Shown here: piece by piece, positions 58,960 to 64,000 of the stretch
How the letters are laid out: each line of letters starts with the position of its first letter
How positions within the stretch are numbered: the first letter of the stretch is position 1
NCBI RefSeq assembly: GCF_009914755.1
Contig: NC_060933.1
Strand: one strand, 5' to 3'
DNA: 64,000 bases
From: the human T2T-CHM13v2.0 reference genome, Homo sapiens
Program-made: the position numbers and the translations under genes
Notes under the pieces: model-generated
Seen by the model: only the letters and a program-made list of their open reading frames with translations
Databases searched by the model: none
What the model was told of the DNA's origin: nothing

Positions 58960-60824
58960 TTAGTACTGAGTCAGCAGATGGAGGAATCCTTATCATTGAA
59001 CAATGAAACAACTTGAATTCTTTTTTGCCCTTTTTGCCATCTGGTATCTGTGCTCATATTTGAAACATTAACCATTCAAGAAAGATTTTTTTTTTGTATC
59101 CAGTAGTCAGAATATTTCTCTGAAGACTGGTGCTTATCTTTTCAGGAAAAAAAAAAGATAAAATGTTATAAATATGAATGGAGCCCTGAACTAATATTTG
59201 ACAGTGACATAAAAGCTTAAGAAAATGCAGAGTACAAAGTGAGTCTAAGGAGATGCCATTTTCAATTTATTTTCATAATCTAATTCTGTATTGCTTGTAA
59301 AGGTTAATCTAAATCCAGCAGAACCAAGGCTGTCCACTGTTTACTTGTTATAGGCACTGCTACATTATTCTAAATGCAGCAAGATGAACATGGCCCTTGT
59401 TTACAACCTAGTTGCTATTTCTTTTTGAATCATAGCAGATAAAGTTTTTTTCATGTGAACTTCAAATTATTAGTAGTCAAATAGTGTTCATAATGGTAAA
59501 ATGCATCTAAGAAAACACCTAGAAAGGAATTTATAATATTCACTTTGAAAATAGTGACACAATATACATTTAACCTCCAGTTATTCAAATAACCTTGCAG
59601 ATCACCTTTTTCTGGATGTCTACCTACTAGATGTCCTCAACTTCTATTTGATGAGGAAGAAAGCCAAAGGAACTCAAATAGTTTAAATATTAACTTAAAT
59701 AGGAGCCTAAGGAAATATCTATTCAAAACTTTAGCCCCTAAGAGTTAAACATTACCTTATGTGGTAGTAATGGCTTCTAGATATTCTGGTGTTTTCCTTA
59801 TGTATAAAACTGTTTATCTCTATTTTTCATGAGTTTTTCTAGTATAAACAAAACATAAATAATTAATGTGGTAATCATATTATGCTTGAAGCCAAATTCG
59901 TGGTCTAAGTCTAGATCTTTTAGCATGTGGGATACATATTGCCACTTTTCAAATTGGTTTGTCTTTGAGTAGAGTTTGAAGACTATTTCCTCTTGTGGTT
60001 GTGTTTTCCATTTGGGGACTTGTAAGCAATGCCTTGGTTTCTGGTGGAGTGGATCAGTTTGAGACGTTTTCTCTGTGTGAATCACTAAGAAGATTCTATT
60101 AACTATTCTTTAGATTTAGAAATAATTTGTTCACTGAATAATCAGTCTGTGATGGACAAGTTTAAGAAGATTACAAATAACACTCATTAAGTAAAAGTTA
60201 AGTGTTTTCTTGAATCAGCTTGAACCTTTATCCATTGGCTTAATCTAGCTCTTGTCTACTTATTTGGTTTTGGGACAGACCCTTTAACTTTCTCTCCTAA
60301 TGGGTATTTCAGATGTTAAAGAGCTTTTGGGCACGGGGAACAGTGATGTGCTCAGCTTGGTCATGTTATGGGAAGAGGGCTGAGGTTGCTTTAAGTAGCT
60401 ACAGAAGAGGCTTCAAAGAGAACCTCAGCTTCATTCCCTGTCCGTTAGTAAGCTACACTTTCCACCCAGCAGCTCTGATTACAGTGAGTCTGAAAATGTC
60501 TCCTTCAGAAACACTGCCCATTGCTCACTATTTTTGCACCCTGCCTGTTACCTAAGTCTCTCAGTTTCTTGCTCATGCTGCCAGCAAACTGTCCTCTATT
60601 GACCTTGGCCTCTGCCTACTTGGCTCCTATCACTTTAGGGACTCTTCCTCCTTAATATGGATTTTCAATTTGTACTCTCACTGACTTCTAGCTGTCTCCA
60701 CATCTCACTATCACCTCTGCCACAGAGAATGTGTGGTTGCACTGATGGGTCTTCAGGTAGGAGAGAGTGCCACTGCAATCTCATGTCAGGCTTACCTCAG
60801 AGGCCACTGTTGTGTATGTGCATT

Positions 60825-61050
60825 AGAACAATGACAAAAACCAAAAACTCTACCAAGAACGGTATCTGTCATTTAACTCAATGTCTAGAATTCAGATTAC
60901 TGCTCATCTCAGCCCTGGGAAGCAGTTATTATTCTTATCCCTGTTTTAAAGATACGGAAACAAAGACTCAGAGAAGCTAAATACTGGCAGAGCTGGGACT
61001 CAAACTTAGCTCTGTTTAACTTCAAATCCCTTGCCTTTAACCACTGTAAT
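60825..61050 (-). mobile_element. MIR SINE
   Basis: gttttaaagatacggaaacaaagactcagagaag...tggcagagctgggactcaaac. Confidence 0.75.
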
Positions 61051-61624
61051 ATGGCAGAGACCAGGTCACAGGGTCATGTTATCCACAGCCCAGAGTCCTT
61101 TGAACATGGCTGCCCTCAGAAGGGGCCTGTAGGCATGGTAGATGCCCCGAGGCTTTTCAGGAGGGGTGATTTCAGCAACAGACGCCTTCTAGCACAGATA
61201 ATTTCCTGGCAGCACAATGAGGCTAGCATATCTATCCTGTTACATACAATTTCTTGGTGGATTGAAGATGTGAAGCAAAACTATGCTTTAAACTTCAAAG
61301 CACTTGTGTAATGACAGAAATGGTAGTGGGCTTGTAATAGTAGGACCTAGTACTTGTACCCTAGGCCTGGAATTTATTGACCTTTAAATTTTGGATACAT
61401 CACTCAATGTCTTACTTTACTCATCTTAATAACTGGGTCAATCTTAATTTTAAAAGGACAATCATATGGACTTAATCTTCTAAAAAAAGATTAGCTTATT
61501 TTGATAAAGGGCTTGGCATTTGATAGAAATTGAGTATACTAGTAACTTTTTTTGTTTGTTTGTTTTTTCGTTTTTAATTCTCCAAAGAAAGACTATATCT
61601 GGCTGCTTAATAAAGAGAAAACCT

Positions 61625-63040
<1,416 letters not shown>

Positions 63041-64000
63041 TGATAGTTGTCTGGCTACTACATTTTTTTCTATGTTTTCATTCACCTGTGTCCTCTTTGC
63101 TTTATGGAAAAAAGTGAGACTATGGCTTGAGGAAGATGTGACTCTTTTTCTATATATCTGTACTCTTTATGACTATCTTTTTATACATTGTCACATTTCC
63201 TGAACATAACTCCCTCTCCCCCACTTTATTAAGCATATTCGAGACATAGAATGAATTTCTTAAATAATATTTTAGTACTGTTGTTTCTTAAGGAGATTAG
63301 GACAAAAACATTATGAAACACCCTTGATGAAAACAAAGAAGTAAATGCAGATATATCAAGCGGTTTATTCAGAGAGATGCAGGTTATTCTTACTTTTCAT
63401 AGTTCTTCCCACCATTCTCTGCCATGCCATGGACTAGAAGGTTCTATCCTAGCATCGCTCTCAATACCTGCACTTAATCAACAATGACATCTCTTCCATT
63501 TGATAGTGAGTGATATGAATGAAGAAAGGAGGCTTCCCGGGAAAGAGGCTTCCTCATTTTATAGCAGAACTTGATGGGCATTGCGAAAACACAAGAATGA
63601 TTCTAGTCTGTATGGAAAAGCATGGCTACTTCAGTGCCTGTTGGCATAATTAATTTTGTGAAAAGCTTGTACATGGCTAGCTAACATATAATCATGACTA
63701 AAGCTGAGAGATGCTCCATCATGGAACAGACATCCTTCATGTTTCTTTTGTCTTGCTATTTTACTTTCCATACCAAACACTGTTACAAACACAAACCATT
63801 GGTTTAGCATGAAAAGGCTGCAGTAAGGAACATACAGATGGTGGCTTGCAGCAAGGTCTTGCACATGTTTCTCATGGACAAAATTGGCATTTTTGCAATC
63901 TCGTGTGCCTCTGGTATGGTGATTACAAAGCTAACACTTTTATGTTCCTCTGAACTGTAGCATCTTTCTGTTTGTTAAGCATATTTTTTAAGTGTAGGTC

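Overview
AT-rich, repeat-dense primate genomic DNA; an L1PA2-type insertion points to human or a great ape. The window looks intronic or intergenic. I recognise no cellular protein-coding gene, rRNA, tRNA or CRISPR array. All ORFs over 150 aa, and most shorter ones, lie within transposable elements (mainly L1 ORF1/ORF2 remnants, THE1/MLT LTR elements, Alu and a Tc2/Kanga transposase fossil). The window holds six TSD-flanked L1PA insertions of different ages, an old 5'-intact L1M with a nested L1, a full two-LTR THE1 element, several MaLR solo LTRs, three Alus plus a monomer, hAT and Tc2 DNA transposons, and MIR/L2/CR1 relics. The most interesting signals are mechanistic scars: (i) a young L1PA2 with both a twin-priming inversion and a short 3' transduction, which also creates a 475-codon chimeric frame; (ii) a 58-bp sequence copied from 421 bp away into an MLT1 LTR with microhomology at both ends; (iii) a THE1 provirus that split a 25-bp minisatellite in register; (iv) a direct-inverted-direct micro-triplication. 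There are also several candidate + strand non-coding exons and enhancer-like unique blocks, none proven. I do not see a demonstrably new biological system. Subfamily calls come from recalled consensus diagnostics and need RepeatMasker/Dfam confirmation.
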